Under the pieces are notes generated by a model that was not told where the DNA came from, did no database searches, and saw nothing but the letters and a program-made list of their open reading frames with translations. A program made the translations under genes and the position numbers. From the NCBI GenBank assembly GCA_041178085.1, contig JBEGVZ010000023.1:1-39429 (forward strand): a stretch of 39,429 bases of DNA, read 5' to 3'. The stretch is from Pseudomonadota bacterium. GTDB lineage: Bacteria > Bdellovibrionota_B > Oligoflexia > Oligoflexales > RGVZ01. Of the stretch, positions 20,754 through 32,357 are shown one piece after another. The stretch's first letter is position 1. Every line of letters begins with the position of its first letter.

Positions 20754-21248
20754 ATGGAGAACGTAAATACGCTCACCGGAATCATTCTCCCTTACTTTAA
20801 CTTCGCGGTGTTTATCGCGCTGTGCGTACTCTTTTTTCGCAAGCCACTGCGTCAGATTGCGGAAAAGCGCCGCGCAGATTTTGAAAGCCACCTGCGCGAA
20901 GCAACCAGGGCCAAACAGGAAGCACTGGAAAAAAACCGGGAACTTACGGAGCGCCTGCGCAAGCTCGACGCTGAGATAGAAGACATCAAAAATTCCGTTG
21001 TCGAGGCGGCCCAAAAAGACGCAGACCGGATCGTTCATGATGCGGAAGCCTTCTCGCGCAATCTTCTTGAGGATGCCCGGCGCATGGCGGACGCGGAAAT
21101 CGAGCGCGCACGCGTTCTGCTGACGTCCGAGATTGTCGCTTCGGTCCGCACAGCCGTCGAGGCCAAGATTCGTTCAGATCTGAAACCTGCGGATCACTTG
21201 TCTTTGATCAACCAAAATGTCGGCAGCCTTGGTGAGCTGAACGTTTGA
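20754..21248 (+). CDS. atpF: ATP synthase Fo subunit b
   Basis: 'FNFAVFIALCVLFFRKPL....KR' followed by coiled coil. Confidence 0.9.
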   Translation: MENVNTLTGIILPYFNFAVFIALCVLFFRKPLRQIAEKRRADFESHLREATRAKQEALEKNRELTERLRKLDAEIEDIKNSVVEAAQKDADRIVHDAEAFSRNLLEDARRMADAEIERARVLLTSEIVASVRTAVEAKIRSDLKPADHLSLINQNVGSLGELNV

Positions 21249-21264
21249 ACAAGGGAGTCGAGCC

Positions 21265-21804
21265 GTGAGTGCCATCAGAATCGCGAACCGCTATGCAAAG
21301 GCCCTCTATCGCATCGCAGACGGCGATACCCGTCTTGCCCACGAATTTCTTGGGCATGTGAATGCTGCGCGGGCCTTGTTTGACATCGAACCTGCGGCCA
21401 AGGTGCTTGAAAGCCCAGTGATGCCCCAGGACTTGAAGAAAAAGCTCTTCGCGGCAGCCTTCAATGCTTCTGGCGCCAAGCCTGAGCTCCAGGCCTTTGT
21501 TGGCGCTCTGATCGCCGCAGGCCGCGTGAATCTCTACCCCGCTTTCTGCGAGGCCTATGCCAGGCTGATCAATGAGGCAGAAGGCATTGTGCTTGCTGAT
21601 GTGACGACTGCCGTGGAAGTGGACGCCGCGGTGATCAAAAAACTTTCGGCATCCCTTGAGAAAATCCTTGGAACCAAAATTCAAACCAGTCAGCAAACGG
21701 ACCCCTCGTTGCTGGGTGGATTTGTCGTTCGCCTTGGCAACAAGATGATCGACATGAGTGTGAAGACCAAACTTGAAGCGCTCACCAAAAGCGCCGCTCT
21801 TTAA
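21265..21804 (+). CDS. atpH: ATP synthase F1 subunit delta
   Basis: 'IANRYAKAL', 'DPSLLGGFVVRLG..MIDMS'. GTG start with GGGAG SD. Confidence 0.95.
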   Translation: MSAIRIANRYAKALYRIADGDTRLAHEFLGHVNAARALFDIEPAAKVLESPVMPQDLKKKLFAAAFNASGAKPELQAFVGALIAAGRVNLYPAFCEAYARLINEAEGIVLADVTTAVEVDAAVIKKLSASLEKILGTKIQTSQQTDPSLLGGFVVRLGNKMIDMSVKTKLEALTKSAAL

Positions 21805-21825
21805 GAGAACCAGGAGGCTGTTACC

Positions 21826-23332
<1,507 letters not shown>

Positions 23333-23340
<8 letters not shown>

Positions 23341-24202
23341 TCTGAAGGATACCAAACGACGCATCGTCAGCGTCCGCAACACGCAGAAGATCACGCATGC
23401 CATGAAGTTGGTGTCAGCGGCGAAATTCTCCCGTGCAAATCAGGCGGTTCTGGCAGCGCGCCCGTACGGCACCGCATTTGACCGGATCGTCGGCCGGCTT
23501 GCCGCTGGTGTCGAAAACCTGGACGGAATGGAACTCCTCAGGTTTACCGAGACCCCGCGCAAAGTGCTTGTGGCGATAGTCTCGACTGACCGGGGCCTTT
23601 GCGGCAGCTTGAACACAAACGTATTCAAGACGGCAATGAAGTTTCACCGTGAAAACGAGGTCCAGGGTTGCGAAGTTCACTTTGCCACTCTCGGCAAGCG
23701 GGCCGGCATGTTTTGCCGCAAACTGGGTCTGAAAGTCGTTTTTGAGCGCGAAAAAGTCCTGGAAAGGCCGGGTTATGCGGCCGCCAGGGAAATCTCGGAT
23801 GCGCTGGGAGCCATGTTCACCTCGGGCGAGTATGACCGCGTTTATCTGTGCTTCCCGGAGTTCAAGTCTGTCCTGTCCCAGAACCCACGGATCAAGCAGA
23901 TGTTGCCAGTGGTGACACCTGAAGTCGGTGATGACGAACACGAGACGCTCAATTTCATCATTGAACCCGATACCCGCAGCGTTCTTGAGAGCATGTTACG
24001 CAAACATGTTGTCAACACAGTGTTCCGGGCGCTCCTCGAGGGCAGCGCATCTGAGCACGGTGCCCGCATGACTGCCATGGATTCCGCAACCAAGAACGCA
24101 AAAGAGTACATCCGCAAGTTGACGCTCCAGTACAACAGGGCGCGTCAGGCGGCGATTACCAAAGAGTTGATAGAGATCATCAGCGGCGCAGAGGCGATCT
24201 GA
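23333..24202 (+). CDS. atpG: ATP synthase F1 subunit gamma
   Basis: True start '[22 protein letters not shown]' at ATG 23333 (8-nt overlap with atpA). 'DRGLCG', '[10 protein letters not shown]', '[12 protein letters not shown]'. Confidence 0.97.
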
Positions 24203-24225
24203 TCCCGCAAATGGTTTTGAAATGA

Positions 24226-25683
<1,458 letters not shown>

Positions 25684-25704
25684 AGCAAAGGCGGGGCAGG
25701 GGAC

Positions 25705-26112
25705 ATGAACGCGCAATTGCAAATGAATGTCGAGGTTGTTTCGCCAGCGAAGTCGCTGGCTAAGTTGCCTGCCAGTCTGATCAATGTCGCCGGCAAGGAT
25801 GGCTATCTGGGGATACTCCCCGGACACGCGGCGCTGGTGACGGAGCTTGGTCTTGGTGAACTTCGTATTGAACATGACGGAAAAAATACCCTCAAGATGC
25901 TGGTCAATGGCGGTTACATGGAAGTCGTAAACGACCAGGTGATCGTATTGGTTGACTCGGCCGAGACGCGTGAACAGATTGACGTCGATCGTGCGAAGCG
26001 CGCGCGCGAACGCGCGTTAGAGCGCCTTGCTTCGAAAGATTCTGGCGTTGACGTCGCGAGAGCACAATCTGCACTTGCACGGGCAAATGCACGTCTGACC
26101 TTTGCGGGGTGA
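25705..26112 (+). CDS. atpC: ATP synthase F1 subunit epsilon
   Basis: 'VVSP', 'GYLGILPGHA', 'GGYMEV', 'IDVDRA..A..RA' and C-terminal helices. Confidence 0.96.
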   Translation: MNAQLQMNVEVVSPAKSLAKLPASLINVAGKDGYLGILPGHAALVTELGLGELRIEHDGKNTLKMLVNGGYMEVVNDQVIVLVDSAETREQIDVDRAKRARERALERLASKDSGVDVARAQSALARANARLTFAG

Positions 26113-27178
26113 GACCATCCAGGTCTTCTGGGATAGCTACGGGATTCTCCGTGGTCCTGGTGGGATCCATGTTCACGCGAGCGAGTTGAAAAAAAACTTG
26201 GCGGCGATCGGAACTGAAGTGTTGATCACTTCTCCCGGTGGCCGCCGAGGTGTTTTTGGCAAGTTGATTGATCAGTCGAAGATTCTTGCGCCCCATGCCA
26301 ACTTCAATGAGGCAAAATCGTCTTGTCGTGGACGATTTCTCTACCATGGTCTGAGCAATATCAACCTGCCTGTTTTTTCCGCTGGTGGCAGACGCCGGGC
26401 TTGTTTTGTCCTGACGGTTCACGATCTAATTCCGTTGCTGGTTCGGCCCGGTGACGTATCCCTTGCGTCCCGCGTTCAATTCGCTCTTCTGTTGCCCAAG
26501 GCGTTGAAACTTGCCGATCGGATTGTTGTTGTTTCAAATTGGACCCGCGATACCCTGCTCGAACGTTTCCCTTTTGCAGCCTCTAAAACGCAGGTCATTC
26601 CCAATGGATTTCCGGCTTTTTCATGCGAAACACCAAAGCCAGCAGAGCAACCGGCAGCCGGGCCCCTGCGCCTGCTGACCGTCGGTCGTAGTGAGCCCTA
26701 CAAGCGTCACCGGTTGTTTCTTGAGGTCATCCGCCTTGCTGCGGGCACCTTAAAGGGTGTCCTGGTCACTGCCGGTTTACCGGCGGAGGATCGTGCTCTT
26801 GCCGAGGAACTGGTTGCTCAAGGCTCTCTGGACGTGGTCGTCAATCCGTCTCATGACGCACTTGTCCGTTTGTATCGATCGACCGATATTTATCTGCAGA
26901 CCAGCCTTTTTGAGGGTTTTTGCTTGCCTGCGGCTGAGGCGCAAGCCTTCGGAAATCCAGTGGTTTTTACTTCTGGCAGCGCTGTCGATGAAATCGTCGA
27001 CCCAAAGGGTGGAAAGTCTCTGCCGCCGGCGGCCGACGCTCGAGAATGGCTGGAAGCTGTCCAACATACGGCCGAAAGCCTTCCGGAACGACGTCTCGCG
27101 GCCCTCGCATGGGCAAACTCAAGACCGCATTGGTTGGACGCCGCAAAATCACTGAAAAACTTGTATAATTCTCTCTAG
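26102..27178 (+). CDS. Glycosyltransferase family 4 (GT-B)
   Basis: 'GGI..H', 'TVHDLIP', 'VSNWT', 'VIPNG', 'VGR..PYK', and EX7E motif 'EGFCLPAAEA'. TTG start overlaps the atpC end; exact start uncertain. Confidence 0.9.
   Translation: MRGETIQVFWDSYGILRGPGGIHVHASELKKNLAAIGTEVLITSPGGRRGVFGKLIDQSKILAPHANFNEAKSSCRGRFLYHGLSNINLPVFSAGGRRRACFVLTVHDLIPLLVRPGDVSLASRVQFALLLPKALKLADRIVVVSNWTRDTLLERFPFAASKTQVIPNGFPAFSCETPKPAEQPAAGPLRLLTVGRSEPYKRHRLFLEVIRLAAGTLKGVLVTAGLPAEDRALAEELVAQGSLDVVVNPSHDALVRLYRSTDIYLQTSLFEGFCLPAAEAQAFGNPVVFTSGSAVDEIVDPKGGKSLPPAADAREWLEAVQHTAESLPERRLAALAWANSRPHWLDAAKSLKNLYNSL
27164..27169 (+). promoter_or_regulatory. Possible -10 element for the SDR gene
   Basis: Exact TATAAT about 52 nt upstream of ATG 27222. 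No convincing -35. Confidence 0.25.
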
Positions 27179-27221
27179 GCTCCCGAGATCACTAACCCGG
27201 TGCGCAAAAGAGAGATTCGCA

Positions 27222-28268
27222 ATGCCGCATTCTCATAGAAGCCATGGAAATTCCTCCAGCCATCACGAGCGGATTCGTGGAGGAAAGCCAACGCCAACTG
27301 TCATGGTTACCGGCAGTTCCGGTTTCATCGGACAAAAAGTCATCCGGCTTTTCTCGAACCAGGGAACCAGCACAATTGCGACCTATTATCATAGGCTCCC
27401 CGAGGCCCTGCCGCAGGTTTTCCCTGTGTGCACCGACATGGCTTCGCCGGAACTTCTACTAGCCCCCTTGCGCAATGTGACAACGGTTGTCCACCTTGCC
27501 TGGGACGGTGGCCTTGCGAGTTCTTTGACCGAAGCACAGATGAATGGGGAAGTCCGAGACTTGCTCCGCCCCGAGCGCATGTCCCGTAATCTTGCGATGA
27601 TGGCCAACCTGCTTGCAGCGATGGAAAGAGTCGGTAACCAGCGAATCGTCTTTGTCAGCGCGATGGGCGCGAGCCGTCATGCAGAATCCCCGTTTTTGCG
27701 TGAGAAATACGCAGCAGAACTGATGCTGCTAAATTCCCGCGTGCGGGAAAAGGTCATCTTGCGCCCAACCATCCTTGCTGAACCCGAAAATCCAAATGAC
27801 CGCTTTGTTCGCGCTATACTGCGGACCATGAAGCTACCCCTGCTGTATCCAGTCCCTCGGGTTGCCAATCAGCTGCGCCCCATGCATGTCGATGATTTTG
27901 CCAGGAAGATTGTCTTGGCCACGGAGGCCCATCGCGAAGAACCTTCTCTGGTTGGAGAAGTTTGCGGGGGGGAGATGTTACCCGTTGAAGAAGTGTTCCG
28001 CCTGTTGGCCGATAAGTTTTTCGCTGGCCAGAAAATCGCCATCAAAGGCTGGCTTGGCAATCTTTTGACAGCCCTATTTGAGCGGGTCAGGAAGAACGAG
28101 ATGCAGTACCGGAACCATCGCTTGCGCCAGTTCCTGGCCCTTGCCCAGTTGCCATCGGATTCTCTCATGGATGCTTTGTCAGATGGATCATCGGCGGCGG
28201 CAGGTCGATACATCAGCTTCACTGAATCGGTGCAGGTGGCCGCGCCACCCGCACCGGCATCCAGTTAA
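27222..28268 (+). CDS. Atypical SDR / NAD-dependent epimerase family protein (NDUFA9-like)
   Basis: 'VMVTGSSGFIG', 'VVHLA', 'VFVSAMGA', 'SPFLREKYAAE', 'ILRPT', 'PMHVDD'. Confidence 0.85.
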   Translation: MPHSHRSHGNSSSHHERIRGGKPTPTVMVTGSSGFIGQKVIRLFSNQGTSTIATYYHRLPEALPQVFPVCTDMASPELLLAPLRNVTTVVHLAWDGGLASSLTEAQMNGEVRDLLRPERMSRNLAMMANLLAAMERVGNQRIVFVSAMGASRHAESPFLREKYAAELMLLNSRVREKVILRPTILAEPENPNDRFVRAILRTMKLPLLYPVPRVANQLRPMHVDDFARKIVLATEAHREEPSLVGEVCGGEMLPVEEVFRLLADKFFAGQKIAIKGWLGNLLTALFERVRKNEMQYRNHRLRQFLALAQLPSDSLMDALSDGSSAAAGRYISFTESVQVAAPPAPASS

Positions 28269-30076
28269 TCGAGCGAAATATCCTGATTTGCATTACGCAG
28301 GAAGGCTGGGACGTCGAGGTCATCGAGGCCCTCGTTTGCCGTATGCGGTGAGGCCACCTGAGGTTTCGCCGAAGCGCCGCCAGCCGGATGAATGGCCTTC
28401 GCTGTCGCCCCTGCCGCACGAAGCTTCTGTGCCAGAGCAAGCGCCTCGTCAATCTTACGGTCAATGTCACCAGTGAGGTCCATGTTATTCATTTCCAGGC
28501 TGTGAGCCCGGTTAACCGGCGCTTCCTGTGCGGCTACCGATGCAGACAGACCAGCTTCGAAGAATGATTCAATCGGCGCATCCGCCGTAGCAGCCAAGTC
28601 TTGCAGATCATCATCCGCAAAGCTGTCGTCGAAGATGCTTGAAGCCACGTCAGCCCCGTGAACGTTGACAGCAGTTGTTTCTTCTTCCGTTACCGCCTCA
28701 AATTCCTCTTCAAAGGCGCGGTTGGGCTCACCGGTCGAGGCATCATCCAAGCTCGTTTCAAATTCTGTCAGCTCGCTGGCGTGAGCGGAAGGCGCACCCT
28801 GCTGTGCAGGAATAATCTCCTCGTCGATTGGGAGATCTTCACCAGCCGTCGTTTGGTCGATCGTCCAGCGGGCAAGCTCCTGGGCTTCTGCAATGGCTTC
28901 GATTTTTTGCTGCGAGATTGTATCCGGCTGCATTGCCGCCATTGGCTGGCTATGCCGTTCGGGCGATGTCGCCGTCAGGGCAACTGGCTTTGCGGGTGTC
29001 ACGTTTGTCGTAGACGCCCTTTGCCCGGTGATCACATCGGCGCCAGTGGCGTAATTGGGCGAATAGATGGCGGTATGGGCGGGCCGCAGGATTTCGTTAC
29101 TGGTCGTGGCACCAGAGTCAACGGGAAATCCAGTTGCGATCACAGTCACGCGGATGGCGTCTCCCAGGCTTTCGTCAATGACGGCGCCCCAAATGCTGGT
29201 CGCGTCCTCATGAGCTGACTCCTGGACGATCGTACAGATTTCATCGACTTCCATCAGGCCCAGTGAAGATCCGGCGGTGATGCTGATCAGGACGCCGGTA
29301 GCTCCCTGGATATCAAGGTCGTCAAGCAGCGGCGACGAGATTGCCATGCGGGCGGCTTCGGCTGCGCGCTTGGGACCCGTTGCATGACCGATCCCCATGA
29401 GGCTGTGCCCCATGTTTGACATGACCGTCTTGACGTCGGCAAAGTCCGCGTTGATCAGGCCAGGAACGTTGATGATGTCGCTGATCCCGCGGACTGCATT
29501 GACTACGACGTTGTCTGCCATCTTGAATGCATCGATCATGCTGAGGTCTGGCGTTGCGATCTGCAGCAGGCGCTGATTCGGGATTGTGATCAGGGTGTCG
29601 ACGGCTTCGCGAAGTCTGGCGATTCCAGCTTCGGCATACTTGCGTCGTCTTTTGCCTTCAAAGTTAAAAGGCTTGGTCACGACAGCCACGGTCAGGGCAC
29701 CAAGCTCCCGGGCAATCTGGGCAATGACAGCGGCACCGCCAGTGCCTGTGCCTCCACCCATACCGGCCGTAATGAAGACCATGTCTGCACCCTTGAGGGC
29801 GGCTTCGATATCTTTACGGTCTTCCAGTGCAGATTCACGACCAACGTCAGGATCAGCCCCGGCACCGAGCCCCTTGGTCAGTTCCTTGCCAATCTGGATG
29901 TGCGTTGCCGCCATGGAGAACCTCAGCGCCTGCACGTCAGTGTTCGCGCTGATGAACTCAACGCAATCGAGGCCCGCCCGGATCATGGTGTTCACGGCGT
30001 TGCCGCCGCCTCCGCCCACCCCTATGACTTTGATTTTAGCTCCCGGCGGATTGATCAATTCCGGTTCAAATCCCAT
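28265..30076 (-). CDS. ftsZ: Cell division protein FtsZ with very long C-terminal linker (603 aa)
   Basis: 'IKVIGVGGGGGNAVN', tubulin signature 'GGGTGTG', T7 loop 'INADFADV', C-terminal peptide 'DDLDVPAFLR'. ATG 30076 is preceded by GAGGAGG. Confidence 0.97.
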   Translation of the reverse strand: MGFEPELINPPGAKIKVIGVGGGGGNAVNTMIRAGLDCVEFISANTDVQALRFSMAATHIQIGKELTKGLGAGADPDVGRESALEDRKDIEAALKGADMVFITAGMGGGTGTGGAAVIAQIARELGALTVAVVTKPFNFEGKRRRKYAEAGIARLREAVDTLITIPNQRLLQIATPDLSMIDAFKMADNVVVNAVRGISDIINVPGLINADFADVKTVMSNMGHSLMGIGHATGPKRAAEAARMAISSPLLDDLDIQGATGVLISITAGSSLGLMEVDEICTIVQESAHEDATSIWGAVIDESLGDAIRVTVIATGFPVDSGATTSNEILRPAHTAIYSPNYATGADVITGQRASTTNVTPAKPVALTATSPERHSQPMAAMQPDTISQQKIEAIAEAQELARWTIDQTTAGEDLPIDEEIIPAQQGAPSAHASELTEFETSLDDASTGEPNRAFEEEFEAVTEEETTAVNVHGADVASSIFDDSFADDDLQDLAATADAPIESFFEAGLSASVAAQEAPVNRAHSLEMNNMDLTGDIDRKIDEALALAQKLRAAGATAKAIHPAGGASAKPQVASPHTANEGLDDLDVPAFLRNANQDISLD

Positions 30077-30157
30077 GGGACCTCCTCGATCGGTTTTGGC
30101 ATGCATGTAAAAGCCAAAAAGAAACAAAAATGAATAAAATTGGTTCTTTGTTTAATT

Positions 30158-30187
30158 AGTATAGGTAGGGCGAAAGAAAAGTGTCAA
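30158..30187 (-). promoter_or_regulatory. Near-consensus sigma70 promoter upstream of ftsZ
   Basis: Minus strand TTGACA-N18-TATACT in the AT-rich ftsA-ftsZ spacer. Confidence 0.75.
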
Positions 30188-30232
30188 TGATCTGCCGGAA
30201 ATCACATAGATAGCTTCCCGACATTTCGACTG

Positions 30233-31504
30233 CTAGCTCATGTCCTTGAGCCAGTCGCGCAATCGCGTGATCAGCGACGGGGCGGGCAGGGCCGCGCCGG
30301 TAAAGTTACCATCCGCGGATTCGCCTTTGGATTGCGCCAGATTCTCGTCCATGGATAGTACGAGAAGCCCAAGCGCGGTCGCAAATTTTGGTGCTAACCG
30401 TGTCGTCACCAGCGATCCAGGGGCCGGGTCGACAAACTTCGGATTGATCGCCTTAACCGGGACCTTCATGCTGGCAGACATCAATTCAGGCAGTCCCTGC
30501 AACTGGCTTCCGCCTCCGGTCAGCAAAATGCCGCCGCCAAGCTTGCCTTTGAACGGCACCAGTTGTTTGGCCACAGCGATCGTGAGTTCCTTGCACCTTG
30601 CCTCAATGATCCGTGCGACCAGCTCTCCGGAAACTTGCTTCTGTGCGCCATGAATGGATTCAACGGTAATCGACTCAGCCGCCGACGCGGAGAGACCATA
30701 AATTGTCTTGATCCGCTCAGCCTCCCGATGGGGGATGTTGAGGGCAACAGAAAGGTCTGCCGTCATGGAAAAACCGGCCATGGGCACCGAGAATGCGAGG
30801 GCCGGCTTGCCGTTGACAAATACCAGCCCATCACTGGTACCGCCGCCGATATCAACCACGCAGCAGCCGAGAGACCTGAATTCGGTTCCAGCACAGACAT
30901 GGGCCGAGGCAAGGGGCTCTGAAACGAGCCGGGTCACGCGGATACCGGCCCCGTTGACCAGACGCACCACGTCGCGCAGATACCCCTTGTCGGCATCGAT
31001 CATCAAGAAGTCGGCAGACAAGGTCGAACCGGAAAAACCAGTCGGGTCGTCGACCGGATCTCTCTGGTCGACTTGCCAGCCTGTAGCGACAGCATCGAGT
31101 AAATCGCGCTGGCTGGCGGCATTGCTCGTCGAAAAAGAAGACACCATTTGTTCATTGAGCTTGCGCAGAGCCTCGCCCGTGATCGGCTGATCTGCCCGGA
31201 GGGCGATGGAACCCTTTGCCACATGACTGCGGAGGTGGCTGCCGGCGATTCCAACGACGGCGTGTTCAATGTCGCAGTCCCACCGGGACTCGGCTTGTTC
31301 GACAAGTCCTGCCAGGCATTCCAGCGCACTGTTGAATTCAACGATCATGCCCCGGCGCGTACCGCGTGCGGGCACCGCAAGGCTGTCGATTACTTGCGCA
31401 GACGGGTTCAATCCATTTGCGCCGAAAGCAGCGGGGTTGACGCGAGCAATGCAGAACTTGCTCGTGCCAAGGTCGATCGCATAAATTTGGTGGTTCTGCT
31501 TCAC
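30233..31504 (-). CDS. ftsA: Cell division protein FtsA (divergent)
   Basis: Actin-fold motifs 'AIDLGTSK', 'VVDIGGGTSD', 'AERIK', 'LTGGGSQL', and C-terminal amphipathic helix 'LITRLRDWLKDM'. GTG 31504 (TTG 31507 alternative). Confidence 0.92.
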   Translation of the reverse strand: MKQNHQIYAIDLGTSKFCIARVNPAAFGANGLNPSAQVIDSLAVPARGTRRGMIVEFNSALECLAGLVEQAESRWDCDIEHAVVGIAGSHLRSHVAKGSIALRADQPITGEALRKLNEQMVSSFSTSNAASQRDLLDAVATGWQVDQRDPVDDPTGFSGSTLSADFLMIDADKGYLRDVVRLVNGAGIRVTRLVSEPLASAHVCAGTEFRSLGCCVVDIGGGTSDGLVFVNGKPALAFSVPMAGFSMTADLSVALNIPHREAERIKTIYGLSASAAESITVESIHGAQKQVSGELVARIIEARCKELTIAVAKQLVPFKGKLGGGILLTGGGSQLQGLPELMSASMKVPVKAINPKFVDPAPGSLVTTRLAPKFATALGLLVLSMDENLAQSKGESADGNFTGAALPAPSLITRLRDWLKDMS

Positions 31505-31541
31505 CAAAAAACCCCCTCATGGCGGAAACAACCAGAGCCGC

Positions 31542-32357
31542 TCAAATCTTTCGTTCCTTGATGAACGCTTTGCCGTGATAGTCGAGTTCGATCCTGCTCA
31601 CACGATGGCGTTCGATCCTTCCAAGCACTTCGGAAAGCCTTGAAATCTTATCAGCAAAAGGCGCACGCCCCATGGCCACTTCGAGCATGTCTGGCTTCAT
31701 GATCACCATGTAGCCCCGGTGGGCATGGTATCGCAGAGCGGCGGGCTCTAGCCCCTCACTGCTGAGCTTGCCTTTAAGGTCAATTGCCTCGCCAACCACT
31801 GAGTCTGTCGCCCCCTGTGCAACAGAAACTCCTTCAAGAAGGGGGAGCGCAGCTTCCTCCTCCTGCCCTGGCAGTACACAGCATGATCCGTAGGCGAAAC
31901 CGTCGTTATCCACCAATAGATTGCCCCCAGGCCCTGCGCGCAAGGCCGGTGTCCGTTTTTCAAAAGCGACCAGCAGGCGACCCGGCGAGGTGCGCATGAT
32001 GTTGACACGGGCAAGTGGAGCGACGCTTGCGGCGATGTGCGCGAGCTCCTTCAGATCACGTCCGCCATTTGCGGCCGTAATCAAACGGTCAGACAGTGCT
32101 GCGCGGTCAAAGTCTCGCAGTTCACCAGTTTGTCCACCGACAAACTCAATGGCCCGCACGGGGCGCACGACAAACTGCTTGAAGCCATGGGATATCCGTC
32201 CAGCCACATAGGACGGTAGAAAATAAAAGACAGCGCAAATTCCGCACGCAATGGCAAGACGCGCCGCAGATCCCAGAATTTTCCGGCGCGTGACGCCAGC
32301 GTGTTTGCGGCGTTTTCTTGCAAGTTTTTGCCCAGCAATTGCGGACGGTCTAGCCAA
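31542..32357 (-). CDS. ftsQ: Cell division protein FtsQ/DivIB-like
   Basis: Basic N-terminus, single TM, POTRA-like 'V.IMR..PGRLLV.FE.RTP', 'LLVDNDG', 'LPLLEG', C-terminal 'RIELDY'. Between murC and ftsA. TTG 32357 has a GGGAG SD. Confidence 0.8.
   Translation of the reverse strand: MARPSAIAGQKLARKRRKHAGVTRRKILGSAARLAIACGICAVFYFLPSYVAGRISHGFKQFVVRPVRAIEFVGGQTGELRDFDRAALSDRLITAANGGRDLKELAHIAASVAPLARVNIMRTSPGRLLVAFEKRTPALRAGPGGNLLVDNDGFAYGSCCVLPGQEEEAALPLLEGVSVAQGATDSVVGEAIDLKGKLSSEGLEPAALRYHAHRGYMVIMKPDMLEVAMGRAPFADKISRLSEVLGRIERHRVSRIELDYHGKAFIKERKI

Noticed and set aside
23641..23656. parS-like GTTTCACCGTGAAAAC inside atpG (also a half-site TTCCACGTG in dnaA near 14529)
   Set aside because: An extra central base breaks the palindrome spacing, and both lie in coding sequence.
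30077..30127. N-terminal extension of FtsZ in the ORF track (similar extensions for murC, ftsW, ftsQ, gatB and the oxidase)
   Set aside because: Better SD-supported starts coincide with the family N-termini; the extensions are longest-ORF artefacts.
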